Sequence record: MZ443771.1
DNA length: 64,000 nt
Reading direction: 5' to 3' (one strand)
Shown here: piece by piece, positions 36,451 through 46,014 of the stretch
Layout: each line of letters begins with the position of its first letter
Position numbering within the stretch: the stretch's first letter is position 1
Notes under the pieces: model-generated
What the model saw: only the letters and a program-made list of their open reading frames with translations
Told to the model about the DNA's origin: nothing
Databases searched by the model: none
Program-made: the position numbers and the translations under genes

Positions 36451-37029
36451 ATGGAGCAGATCGATTTGTTTGATACTAAAGGTGCCCACGAGATTTCTGA
36501 GTATATAGAACTCGGTTCAGATGGACTTCCTCTAATGTTGGCTACACGCAATGACTGGCGAGTGTATGCTGCGTTCGGCGATCCTGTAGTGCGCGCGGAA
36601 CTTTTGGAAAAGCACCCAGACCTGAAGCCGGGAAAATTGAAGTTCCGCAAGAAGCTGGTCATGATTCAAGAGTTTGTGTTGGTCACTCATGACACACTCA
36701 AGGAAAGTCTGCGCAAGAAACAAGGCGATGTATACTCTGGAAGCTACGACAGGGACCCGCAGTACCTGATCAATGTGTATAATCACACTGAGAAGGTAGC
36801 GTTGTTCATGCGTGACTTCGAAGACTTCATGTCGGGCTTCATGAACGCCGTGCATCTGTTCACTGTGTCAACTGTGTATGACGGTCGCCTGTTGATCTTC
36901 GCAGAGAACGGAGCACCTATTGTCTCCGCAGAAGAAACGCTGGAGATGCTTAACGAGATTGAGCACTTCATTAACCGAAGCAAAGTGTATCGCGTACACT
37001 CACAACACGCCATCTACCGTACAATCTAA
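36451..37029 (+). CDS. Hypothetical protein
   Basis: SD GAGGAG. Confidence 0.75.
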   Translation: MEQIDLFDTKGAHEISEYIELGSDGLPLMLATRNDWRVYAAFGDPVVRAELLEKHPDLKPGKLKFRKKLVMIQEFVLVTHDTLKESLRKKQGDVYSGSYDRDPQYLINVYNHTEKVALFMRDFEDFMSGFMNAVHLFTVSTVYDGRLLIFAENGAPIVSAEETLEMLNEIEHFINRSKVYRVHSQHAIYRTI

Positions 37030-37076
37030 TCTATCAATAGCGGCAGCGCTCACGGGTGCTGCACAGGAGAAACATT

Positions 37077-38726
37077 ATGTCATTCGATATGCGCAAAAAC
37101 GTACTCATGGTTCGCTCTATGTCTCACGGCCAACCGTTCTATAACTTCTACAATGCAGTGGGCATCGAGTTTACGCTTGCCGGTTACCAGCTTAAAGAGA
37201 TTTATGATTGCCATTACCAAGGTAAGCTGAGTGGCATTCGCACGTATTGGGGCTTCTCAAACAAAGCCACCAGTGAGACTTTCGAGTTCTCATCGCGCGG
37301 CGATCTGATGTGGAACGTGTCGCTGAACAATACTTGCCACACTCTGCTTCCGTTTGAAATGATTATCGGGCATGAGGGTTTCAACGTTGTTAATGGCTTC
37401 ATGATTGAAGACCATGTACGCAAGCTGATCCGAATCCACCAGAGAGCTGTTGGTCGCACTCTCGAAAGTTATGTGTGGTTCGAAAAAATGACTGAACCTC
37501 AGATGCGTGAGATGCTGGCTGCTCTTGGCCTGGGCCCGCTGCGCATTGAACGTGCAGACCGTGCTGAACTGATCAAGATTCATACCGAATGGCTGCGTAA
37601 GCATGACGACGAGTTTAAGTATACGCACGATGCTATTGGTCTCGATCACGACCAGAAGATACCTGCTGACTTCTACGATGACCACGGTCGCCGTATCTCT
37701 CGTCGTATGCTGGCTGCACACAAAACAGTTGAGATGATGGCCACCGAGCTGTCCAATCTCATTCGCATTTTCGACCTGAACCCTAACTTCAATCACAAAG
37801 ATCCGATGTGGGAGTTCGGGCTTGCTACAATCGCCGAGCGTTTCATCTATGCAGAAGACGCGAAAGAAGCGCTTGCTGCTATTCTCGAAAACAGCCAGTT
37901 CGTTGTTAACGGTGTGTATGCGTTAGCGCGTGATTACGATTGGCGTCAAGTCAACGAAGAAACAGAGGAATACCGCCAATCGTTGATTCGTCGTCTGCTG
38001 CAAGAACTGCGCAATGAAATCGAAGCCGAAGATTCGATGTTTGTTGTCGAAGACGGGATTGTGATGATCAAAGCTGTCGCTGTCACTGCGCACAACGAAC
38101 AACTGTTGGCCGAACCTGACCTCGAAGAAGATGAAGAAGAGGACGAAGAAGAAGAGGTTGATGAGGTAGAAGATACGTCCGAAGAACAACGCGCCGTGTT
38201 GAAAGCACTCACTGCTCTGCCTGACGATTCTCTGCGTAAGCTGTGTACTAATCATAAGCTCGCGCCTAAGCATCGTATTAGAAAGCTGACTCGCACTGAG
38301 ATGATTGAACTGTGCTGCGATTCATTCGGTACTGAACTGCCTGACGATATGGATGACGTAGACCCAGAAGCTGAGGCGGAAGTTGAGGCAAAAGCTGAAT
38401 CAGGCAAACGTCCACGCAAGTACCCAGCTTTGGTTGATGACGTTAATATCAGCTACGACACTATTCGCTCTATTCTCATTCGTGCTAAAATCCCAGGCAC
38501 TGATCATAAAGGCGAACTGCATCGTGGTACGAAAGAGGCCCGAGCTATCGCTCGCAAGAAAATACTCAATAGCCTGAAAACTGCTGTTGATACAGGCTTG
38601 CTTGAGACACTGGCTGCCTTTACGCTCGAAGCACTCGCCTGTGCTCTGACTAAAATGAAAGACGGTGATCGCTATCCTCGTGACTCTGCGTACCTGAAAG
38701 AACTAATTAAACACGCAACTCGTTAA
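37077..38726 (+). CDS. Multidomain protein with two HeH-like modules and an acidic linker
   Basis: FEKMTEPQMREMLAALGL...DRAELIKI; LTALPDDSLRKLCTNHKLAPKHRIRKLTRTEMIELCCDSFG; SD AGGAG. Confidence 0.8.
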   Translation: MSFDMRKNVLMVRSMSHGQPFYNFYNAVGIEFTLAGYQLKEIYDCHYQGKLSGIRTYWGFSNKATSETFEFSSRGDLMWNVSLNNTCHTLLPFEMIIGHEGFNVVNGFMIEDHVRKLIRIHQRAVGRTLESYVWFEKMTEPQMREMLAALGLGPLRIERADRAELIKIHTEWLRKHDDEFKYTHDAIGLDHDQKIPADFYDDHGRRISRRMLAAHKTVEMMATELSNLIRIFDLNPNFNHKDPMWEFGLATIAERFIYAEDAKEALAAILENSQFVVNGVYALARDYDWRQVNEETEEYRQSLIRRLLQELRNEIEAEDSMFVVEDGIVMIKAVAVTAHNEQLLAEPDLEEDEEEDEEEEVDEVEDTSEEQRAVLKALTALPDDSLRKLCTNHKLAPKHRIRKLTRTEMIELCCDSFGTELPDDMDDVDPEAEAEVEAKAESGKRPRKYPALVDDVNISYDTIRSILIRAKIPGTDHKGELHRGTKEARAIARKKILNSLKTAVDTGLLETLAAFTLEALACALTKMKDGDRYPRDSAYLKELIKHATR

Positions 38727-38761
38727 TCGTCTAACCATACCTAACATTGTAGGGAATCAAA

Positions 38762-39214
38762 ATGAAAGAGAAAAATATTCTGGTACTGAATCGTGTTCGC
38801 CTCGTTATGGAAGATATGCTCGTTGAGCAATTCGCTGACTTGGCCCGCAAAGACCAAGAACGTGCAGGCGACCTGAGCGTTATCATGCTGTCTAAGATTC
38901 AGCAGGGTGTTAACGCTATGCTTGCGAACGGTAACCCAGAAGCATGTTGTCGTGCTGATGTTGCGTGGACAGAATGCTCGTTCTTATCGACGACTGGTCT
39001 GTTCGTGATTGCATCGTCTGCCGATGCTGAGGTGCTCAATCACTTTGAAGACTCGGACTATCTATGCCACATACGGGCTATCGAGCACTTCGCAAAAGAA
39101 GCTGGCTTCAAGTTCACTGTTGAGCCTATTCGTGTAGCGTTTCCATTCGAGAGCACGATCATCCCAGAAGCTCTGCGCTACGTGCCACCTACAGATAACT
39201 TGACTAAGCGCTAA
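38762..39214 (+). CDS. Hypothetical protein
   Basis: SD AGGGA. Confidence 0.75.
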   Translation: MKEKNILVLNRVRLVMEDMLVEQFADLARKDQERAGDLSVIMLSKIQQGVNAMLANGNPEACCRADVAWTECSFLSTTGLFVIASSADAEVLNHFEDSDYLCHIRAIEHFAKEAGFKFTVEPIRVAFPFESTIIPEALRYVPPTDNLTKR

Positions 39215-39217
39215 AAC

Positions 39218-39271
39218 AGCAAAAATCTGGACAAAATGAGGGTAGTATGCGAAACTGCCCTATGCTATAAT
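39218..39271 (+). promoter_or_regulatory. Repeated phage promoter
   Basis: AGCAAAAATCTGGACAAAAT-28nt-TATAAT with extended TG; 26 nt identical to 41479-41504. Confidence 0.78.
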
Positions 39272-39322
39272 AGAAGCGTAGCATGTGCTACGCTTTCTAA
39301 CGTATGTCTGAGGAGACAAATC

Positions 39323-39784
39323 ATGCAAGAGCATAAAGCAACCCCGGCCGATATCGAACTGCAAGATCGTATGATGGAAGCGGGTGTCCAGCGCATCATC
39401 GAATTGAAACCTGAGTGGATCGACGTTTGTACTGCGGGACTTCGTTTGTACCTGACCGTGTGCGATCAAATCGGCGGTCCGATTCCTGAACTGCGTTTCG
39501 TCCATAACAGCAAACCTTGTCGCATTCAATTCAACTTGAACGAATCGGCAGAAGGTACCGAGTTCACTGCGAACGATATCGATCACGAAAAGCAAATGGC
39601 AATATGTGATGCCATTCTTGATGTGGCCGACGCGAACGAAGATGGCCACTCGCTGTTAGACCTTGCCATTTGTTCTGGTCGCCTGTTCATGATTGGTTAT
39701 GACGGGCTTGCGGGTACGGTTGAGAAAGTTTGCTTCCGTTTCGCCAAGAAGAACTACACAATGAATCTGGTCAAAGGTGAATAA
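39323..39784 (+). CDS. Hypothetical protein
   Basis: SD GAGGAG. Confidence 0.8.
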   Translation: MQEHKATPADIELQDRMMEAGVQRIIELKPEWIDVCTAGLRLYLTVCDQIGGPIPELRFVHNSKPCRIQFNLNESAEGTEFTANDIDHEKQMAICDAILDVADANEDGHSLLDLAICSGRLFMIGYDGLAGTVEKVCFRFAKKNYTMNLVKGE

Positions 39785-39785
39785 C

Positions 39786-40475
39786 ATGAAACTCTCGCCA
39801 ACTATGTTGAAACGCAGCAAGCTAAACCCTGATGTGTTTGCGCTTGTTCGTGAAGGTGAAGTGCTGTCCTCATTCAAACCGAGCAAGCTCTTTGCGGCGC
39901 TCAATGCCGTTGTTAAAGACAGCGGGCTGAAAGAAGTCGATATCGTGTGGCGTGACGGTACGCGCACTGTAGAACATCTCATTGTTCACCACACGCGCAA
40001 GCTAGTATCGACTGACACAATCATGAACTACTACAACGTGTGCCTGATGCTTCGCGCTCAAGGCGCTGCTGCTAGTCTGTCTACGCCTGTAGACATTCGT
40101 ACTATGTTTGATTCGAACGGGCCTCTGATTAGCGAGATTCACATTGACCCTGAAATCGTCGATAAGCTGGTGGACGCACTTACACCCAAGCATCCTATGT
40201 TTGATGATGCGCATGGCATCTGCGAAGAAGACGATGACATGTTCGACGACGATGACGATTACGACCCTGATGACTTCGACGATGAAGACGATCTCTCCGA
40301 AGATATCTCACCAGAAGAAGATCGTCTGAGCATTAGCGCTTGGGGATATCGCGCCGAAGACTGGACGACTACTCTGACGGACGACGATATTCAGGAAGTG
40401 CATAGCCTCGAAGTGGGTGTTGACCCTGACATTGAATTGCCACTCGCACCTGACGCGAAGGACAAATACTTCTAA
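39786..40475 (+). CDS. Hypothetical protein with acidic C-terminal half
   Basis: SD AAGGTG; D/E-rich tract. Confidence 0.8.
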   Translation: MKLSPTMLKRSKLNPDVFALVREGEVLSSFKPSKLFAALNAVVKDSGLKEVDIVWRDGTRTVEHLIVHHTRKLVSTDTIMNYYNVCLMLRAQGAAASLSTPVDIRTMFDSNGPLISEIHIDPEIVDKLVDALTPKHPMFDDAHGICEEDDDMFDDDDDYDPDDFDDEDDLSEDISPEEDRLSISAWGYRAEDWTTTLTDDDIQEVHSLEVGVDPDIELPLAPDAKDKYF

Positions 40476-40666
40476 TGAAAAGCACTAACGAACTGGTCAA
40501 AGAATTGAAGCAACGCGGCGAGCTTATTATTGACGAGCGAAACAAAGACATGCTGCCTGATTTGACATTCACGCTTGATTGCATGTGTATCACCTACAAG
40601 AAGCGGGAAGTAGAAACAACTAAGCGCGGCCGCGTTGTCAGAATCAAACTGACCAGTATTCACTGA
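40475..40666 (+). CDS. Small hypothetical protein
   Basis: TAATG coupling, SD AAGGA. Confidence 0.65.
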   Translation: MKSTNELVKELKQRGELIIDERNKDMLPDLTFTLDCMCITYKKREVETTKRGRVVRIKLTSIH

Positions 40667-40805
40667 TGTTCTCTTTGGCCCGACTGCCCAGCGATGCTCA
40701 TCCCCCAGAAGAGGTGCCTCGCGCAGAGGCATGGCAGTTCGGGTCCTTTTTGAAGCGCACTTGCGAGTACGCTGCATAAAGTAAAAACAAACAGGAGGCT
40801 GTTGA

Positions 40806-41267
40806 ATGAAATTCACCGAAGTAAGTAAAGATGCACAGGTCATTCTCATGGGTTCCGCACTTGCGGGAGTTATCGAAGTGTTTGGCCGCGATGCCGATGA
40901 CGGCGGGCGCAAGCTGCTGATTACTGCATTGAATCAGATTGGCCTGACGCCTGACGAGTTCAAGGCTCTGATCAACAACATGACAATTTCAGTCAGGGCA
41001 GAAGTTGGTGCAGTGCGTGTGCTCGAAGCAGATCCGGACGATGACTTCGAAGAAGACGCCGAAGACTTCGGTGCCTGTGCTGAGTGCGATCGTCCAGTAG
41101 AAGATTGCGTGTGTGACGATGAAGACGACGACCTCGATACGTCAGAGCAACGTCCAGGCAATCTGAACGATGACGGTCGGACAGACGAAAATGGCTGGCA
41201 GAATCTCGATGAAGATGCCGTCTGCCGTGTATGCCACCAACAAGTGTGTGAGTGCCGAGGCTACTGA
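40806..41267 (+). CDS. Acidic protein with two small Cys clusters
   Basis: CAECDRPVEDCVC and CRVCHQQVCEC; SD AGGAGG. Confidence 0.8.
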   Translation: MKFTEVSKDAQVILMGSALAGVIEVFGRDADDGGRKLLITALNQIGLTPDEFKALINNMTISVRAEVGAVRVLEADPDDDFEEDAEDFGACAECDRPVEDCVCDDEDDDLDTSEQRPGNLNDDGRTDENGWQNLDEDAVCRVCHQQVCECRGY

Positions 41268-41479
41268 TGAGCAGACCGACACAAGACGAAATCAATGGTC
41301 AGATAGCTGCCTCCGAAGAGCAACGCTATAACGAGCAGATCGCTCAATACGATGACTGGACAGACGACGAGCTGGCTGATGCTGTAGAAGCAAACGAGCT
41401 TGTGGGTGAAGACGAAGACGCAAGCGACTACAGCCGCGAAGCGCTGATTCGAATGCTGCTGGCGGATCGACGATTCTAA
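41267..41479 (+). CDS. Small acidic HeH-like protein
   Basis: YDDWTDDELADAVEANEL...DYSREALIRMLLAD. Confidence 0.7.
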   Translation: MSRPTQDEINGQIAASEEQRYNEQIAQYDDWTDDELADAVEANELVGEDEDASDYSREALIRMLLADRRF

Positions 41480-41532
41480 GCAAAAATCTGGACAAAATGA
41501 GGGTTGTCTCAAAACAGCGCCCCTGATACAAT
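41479..41532 (+). promoter_or_regulatory. Repeated phage promoter
   Basis: Box-28nt-TACAAT; TTGTCT 17 nt upstream; extended TG. Confidence 0.8.
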
Positions 41533-41539
41533 ATAAAGA

Positions 41540-41733
41540 CAGCGAGACATGTTCTCTCTGTTATGTGCCTATAACGTTTTGACCGTGTGTTTATCTTTTC
41601 CCGGGCACACGGTCCTTTTTAAAGTCGCTTCGATGAGGCTGCTTTAAAAAGGGTTCAATACCCTTTGAGCGCACCGGGCTTTACGCGGTTTCCGCCTTGT
41701 GTGCTCTCATGCTAAACCGCAAAGGAAATAGAT
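41540..41733 (+). ncRNA. Structured ~195-nt 5' leader or ncRNA with candidate pseudoknot
   Basis: Stems 41581-89/41606-14, 41616-24/41642-50, 41667-74/41699-706, and loop 41685-91 complementary to 41714-20. Confidence 0.55.
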
Positions 41734-42546
41734 ATGCCAAACTTACGTGCTAAACCAGAAGACAAATTCTCTAAAGCTCGTTCTGCGAAGAACTCACCTG
41801 AACGTCAGGCTGCTGCTGAGAAGAAACGCACAACCCCACGCGGTCCGTCTTCTGCTAAACCTCGTCAGTTGCCGCCGGGCTATGGCTATAAGTCAAAAGC
41901 TACAGGCGAACGTGCGCCAGAGCGTGACGATAAAGAGTCCCAGAAACCTGATTTGAGTAAGAAAGACTGGGTTGCTCGTCGTGACGCAACGCCGAAGATG
42001 CGTGATGAAGAACGTGTATTCAATCTCGTTCACGCAATTCTGGCTGCATGGAAAGCGGATATCGGACACGCCGAACATACGGCAGCATCTTCTGGTATCA
42101 TCAAAGTGTCTCGTCGTAAAGTTGAAGGCGCATTGCGCGATCTCAAGAATACGCGCTTCACTAAAATCCCAACGCTCATCAATGAAATTCTGACACACTC
42201 TGATGTGTGTGAGGAATTCGGGATGTGGGTGTACGTCGAGCACGACACGCCGGATTGGATCTTCGTGCGTCTGCCTGAAGACAGCACGCCTGTGCTTCGC
42301 GCTGATATCGTCTACGACCGCACAGGTCAAACTGCTACGACGATCACGACTTCGAGTGAACCGCTGCTTGAAGTCTTAGGGGAAGACGACGAGCCAGAAA
42401 TGCTCGAATGCAATGAGCGCGATATTGAAGACCTTGAAACTAAGGCAATGCGCAAAGAGCTGATCGACAAGGGCATCATCAAGCCAGAAGCTGCTGATAA
42501 GCTGAGTCGACCGGATCTGATGAAGCTGTTAGCGTACTACGCATAA
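41734..42546 (+). CDS. Protein with basic disordered N-terminus and C-terminal HeH-like module
   Basis: K/R/P-rich first ~90 aa; IEDLETKAMRKELIDKGII...KLSRPDLMKLL; SD AAGGA. Confidence 0.8.
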   Translation: MPNLRAKPEDKFSKARSAKNSPERQAAAEKKRTTPRGPSSAKPRQLPPGYGYKSKATGERAPERDDKESQKPDLSKKDWVARRDATPKMRDEERVFNLVHAILAAWKADIGHAEHTAASSGIIKVSRRKVEGALRDLKNTRFTKIPTLINEILTHSDVCEEFGMWVYVEHDTPDWIFVRLPEDSTPVLRADIVYDRTGQTATTITTSSEPLLEVLGEDDEPEMLECNERDIEDLETKAMRKELIDKGIIKPEAADKLSRPDLMKLLAYYA

Positions 42547-42555
42547 GCAATAACG

Positions 42556-42585
42556 AGCAGGGCGCTGAAATATAGCTGCCCTGCT
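42556..42585 (+). terminator. Terminator-like hairpin
   Basis: AGCAGGGC...GCCCTGCT; weak T tract. Confidence 0.55.
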
Positions 42586-42596
42586 ATCTGCGAAGT

Positions 42597-42652
42597 ATGC
42601 AGAAAACTGGACAAAATCGTGGTTGTTATCTGACAGCCACCTATGCTACAAT
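42597..42652 (+). promoter_or_regulatory. Repeated phage promoter
   Basis: AAAACTGGACAAAAT-29nt-TACAAT; TACAATATATGCAGACGC identical to the 7238 copy. Confidence 0.78.
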
Positions 42653-42712
42653 ATATGCAGACGCAGTGAGCGTCGAAATCAAACTAAACAACAATACTGA
42701 GGAGTATTTATC

Positions 42713-44314
42713 ATGGCACGTATCGAAACTAACTCTAACCTGGTTGGCAAAACTATCATCCTGCTGAACGGCACCAAATCTAAAATCGAAGATGCTATCG
42801 CGTCCGGTTACAAGGTGAAAGGTCAGAGCAAACGTATCGCAACCCGCTGCGTTATCAAAGAGGGTTCTCACTTCCGTGAGATCGAGCGCATGAATCTGAG
42901 CCAGCTTGAAGATACCGGCGAAGGTTACGTCAAGCTGAAAGAAGCGAAAGCGTCCGGCAAGAAAACTGCCGGTAAGAAAGAAGCTGCAACGCCGAAAGCG
43001 TCCGGCAAGAAAACTTCTGGTAAGAAAGATGCGAAACCGTCGAAAGACAAAGAACCTAAAGTTCGTCGCAAATCTTCCGAAGAGCAGTCCGAAGATTATC
43101 AGAATCTGGCACACGCTATCATCAAAGGCGGCAAAGCTAAACCTGCAGTTGAAATCGAAACTGTTGACGAAGCGCTGACCGATACTGTGGCAAAACGTAT
43201 CGCCGATATCGTGCTTAACACTGACGTTGCGAAAGTGTGCGCTGATAACAAAACGCCGATCGCAAACGCCCTGGATGTTACTTACGGCGCCGAGTATGCT
43301 GCTGATGGTAACGTCATGCAGATCACTCTGAACCTGCAATACGCGAAGCCTGTCAAAGTGCTTGCTCGCCCTACGCTCGAAAATGCAGAAGCTATCGCAA
43401 TGCGAGCGCAGAAAATGATCGCGCCTAAGCTGTCTAAGAAGCTGGCGAAAGCGATTCGTGAAGCGTTCAATATCGAAGACGCAGACGAGCTGGAAGCAGG
43501 TACTATGCTGCTGAAAGACGGCGAAGAGTTTGTCTTCTACGGCGAATCTGCGAAGCACCTCGGCAAAGCGCTGCTGTATGTCGTAGCTACCGACAAGTTC
43601 AAATCTGTCCTTGGCTCTACGCTGGGTGAGTACGAAATCCCAGACGCAGAAGAAGAAAACGACGACGAGGAAGAAGTCGAAGAAGAGGAAGAAGAAGAGG
43701 TCGAAGAGGAAGAGGAAGAAGAAGACGGCGAAGAAGATAGTGAAGAAGACGGCGAAGAAGAAGATGCCGCCGAGTACGAATACGTCAAAGTCACTAAAGA
43801 CCATATCAGCATGGTTAACAAGAAAGTGACCGCGAAGTATCACGCCGCGCTGGCTGAACGCTTCAACACTACCGAAGAAGTTCTCGTCCCTGGCCTCGTA
43901 TTGACTGACGGCGACACAACGTTCGCGTACCTTGGCTGTGATAGCAAAGGCGGCCTGCTCGTTATCGACGTAGAAGCTGAGGCAGATGATGAAGATGTTC
44001 TGCTGTATAGCAAAGCGGATATCAAAACGCTGAACGACTTCAACCCTGTGATCGATAGCGGCCTCGTTTCTGACGACGAAGAAGAAGACGGTGAAGAAGA
44101 TACCGAAGACTTCGAAGACGGTAACGACGATGAAGAAGAAGAAGAAGACGGCGAAGACGAAGAAGAGAGCTTCGAATTTGACGACGAAGAATCTGTTGAC
44201 CTCGAAGATCTGTCTGACGACGAACTGCGTGAACGTGCCGTTGAGCTGGGTCTGACTACACCGCGCAAATCTGAAAACATGACCGGCGCACAACTGCGCA
44301 AGCTGCTGAAATAA
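42713..44314 (+). CDS. Multidomain basic/acidic low-complexity protein with C-terminal HeH-like module
   Basis: SD GAGGAG; K-rich linker, two E/D tracts, duplicated ~45-aa beta-module, LEDLSDDELRERAVELGL...MTGAQLRKLL. Confidence 0.88.
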   Translation: MARIETNSNLVGKTIILLNGTKSKIEDAIASGYKVKGQSKRIATRCVIKEGSHFREIERMNLSQLEDTGEGYVKLKEAKASGKKTAGKKEAATPKASGKKTSGKKDAKPSKDKEPKVRRKSSEEQSEDYQNLAHAIIKGGKAKPAVEIETVDEALTDTVAKRIADIVLNTDVAKVCADNKTPIANALDVTYGAEYAADGNVMQITLNLQYAKPVKVLARPTLENAEAIAMRAQKMIAPKLSKKLAKAIREAFNIEDADELEAGTMLLKDGEEFVFYGESAKHLGKALLYVVATDKFKSVLGSTLGEYEIPDAEEENDDEEEVEEEEEEEVEEEEEEEDGEEDSEEDGEEEDAAEYEYVKVTKDHISMVNKKVTAKYHAALAERFNTTEEVLVPGLVLTDGDTTFAYLGCDSKGGLLVIDVEAEADDEDVLLYSKADIKTLNDFNPVIDSGLVSDDEEEDGEEDTEDFEDGNDDEEEEEDGEDEEESFEFDDEESVDLEDLSDDELRERAVELGLTTPRKSENMTGAQLRKLLK

Positions 44315-44395
44315 TCTCGCTGTAAACTGAACGACTGTGCGGTTCAAATCGAGCCGCACATTTATTGACAACTAAGCTGATTGAGGAATCACACT

Positions 44396-45634
44396 ATGTC
44401 AAACGCAAACAAAAATCTGCTGAATGCCCGTGTTCGTCGTCTGGACGGTACTACCACTTACATCAACAAAGTGAACGCTAACGGTTATAGCACCGACGCG
44501 AAGGGCCCTCAAATCCCTGTGAAACGCATCGTGCTCGCGGGCAAAACGCTGAAAGAGATTGAAGCGCCCTACGCGAAAACTGAGCACGTTCTGATTGACG
44601 GCATCACTGTGAAGCTGAACAAGCGCCAGCAAAAAGATCTGCGCAACGATGAAATCGACGTTGACACGATCAAGCCTGATTTTAGTTCTCTGGTGTACAT
44701 CGACCCGGAAACAGGCAAGCCTGCTGTAGCGAAAGCTACGAAGCCGAAAGGCGGTGTGAAAGCGACGCGCGAGCGCAACAAAGACACGCGCTCTAAGAAA
44801 GAGCGTAAAGCAGAAGCAGACGCGTCGAGTGCTGACCTCGATATGATCCCACGCTCTGATGCGATTGACCGCAAAGCAGAGCTGGTGCAAATGATCGACG
44901 CGACAATCGCCGACGCAACGACGAAAGATCGTCGCAAGATGTTGAGCGAAGCGTTTGACATGGACTGGAAAGATGTTAAGCATCACGGTGGCAAGGGTGT
45001 TGTCAAGCACATGGGACGCAAGGCAGCACAACGCGCCTGTGATAAGCTGCGCGTAGCAACTACCAGCGATGCGTATATTAAGCAGATGCCCATCGAGCTT
45101 AAACGTCTTATTCAAGACGGTAAGCTGACGCTCAACAAGAAACAGATTGAGCGTGTGTTAGACGTGTTTGGGCTTGATATGCAGTTCTATGCAACTGCGA
45201 TGCAGACGCTGCTGGGTAATCTCAAGCTGTCGCTCGATAAATCTATCGAGAACCCGAAAGTGAAAGAGAAGAAAGCGAAACACAAACTCGCTGTGCCGAC
45301 CTACGCGTCTGAGAAAGAACAGACCAAGCGTGTGCGCAAGATGACTGTAAAACTCATCAAGCCGCCGAAGTCTGCAATGGCAGAGGCGAAAGCGCACATC
45401 AAAGAGTCGAAAGCGACTATCGCCAAGAAGCTGGGCATCAAGCCTGCTGACGTGAAGCGTGGTCTGCTGTGTTATAAACCGAACGGCGTTGAGCTGATGT
45501 TCGTAGCTTGCGACATGACCGGCCCTGTCTTCGTTGAGAAAGACGGTAGCGAGTGCGTAATGTCACACGCGAACGTGAAGCACACTTTCAACCTGACGCT
45601 GGGCACTAACTCTGAACTGGACGCGGCTGTATGA
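44396..45634 (+). CDS. Basic protein, partial paralogue of 42713-44314
   Basis: SD GAGGA; N-terminal 50 aa align ungapped with the upstream gene (14 identities by eye). Confidence 0.85.
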   Translation: MSNANKNLLNARVRRLDGTTTYINKVNANGYSTDAKGPQIPVKRIVLAGKTLKEIEAPYAKTEHVLIDGITVKLNKRQQKDLRNDEIDVDTIKPDFSSLVYIDPETGKPAVAKATKPKGGVKATRERNKDTRSKKERKAEADASSADLDMIPRSDAIDRKAELVQMIDATIADATTKDRRKMLSEAFDMDWKDVKHHGGKGVVKHMGRKAAQRACDKLRVATTSDAYIKQMPIELKRLIQDGKLTLNKKQIERVLDVFGLDMQFYATAMQTLLGNLKLSLDKSIENPKVKEKKAKHKLAVPTYASEKEQTKRVRKMTVKLIKPPKSAMAEAKAHIKESKATIAKKLGIKPADVKRGLLCYKPNGVELMFVACDMTGPVFVEKDGSECVMSHANVKHTFNLTLGTNSELDAAV

Positions 45635-46014
45635 CGAACAACGAGATTATCCTGACAGGTGTATTTGCTCAATTGTACTCGCGGCTGACTACAGCCGCTG
45701 TACTTGAAACGTATGTGTACTATTCTGATTTGGCCCCTGTAGTGTTTGGTGTGCAACTGTCCACCGTGAGCAATTCGCAGTACAACGCCTTGTGGGAACT
45801 CGTTGCGAAAACAATGCGCGTCGATATCGCAGCGGGCAGACCACCGCTTGCTGCGTTGTACGTGTCTCGCGCAACTGACGAGAAGACACCGAGCAAAAAG
45901 TTCTTCAAAGAATACTACAAACTCACGGGCGTACATCTGTCTGAGACAGACTGGCGAGCACTCGTTGAACATGTGTGGAAATCTTATGCACCAGATCTTC
46001 GGGAGCCATCATGA
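45631..46014 (+). CDS. Hypothetical protein (possible winged-helix)
   Basis: YSDLA...GRPPLAALYVSR..P.KKFF pattern; ATGA overlap. Confidence 0.6.
   Translation: MTNNEIILTGVFAQLYSRLTTAAVLETYVYYSDLAPVVFGVQLSTVSNSQYNALWELVAKTMRVDIAAGRPPLAALYVSRATDEKTPSKKFFKEYYKLTGVHLSETDWRALVEHVWKSYAPDLREPS

Noticed and set aside
40666-40779. 37-aa ORF MFSLARLPSD... filling a gap
   Set aside because: Coupled start is plausible but there is no SD, motif or codon support; not listed as a feature
42641-44371. 576-aa Phe-rich minus-strand ORF resembling a membrane protein
   Set aside because: Reverse complement of GAA/AAA-rich codons of the acidic gene; the same applies to 48168-49397 and 49689-50861
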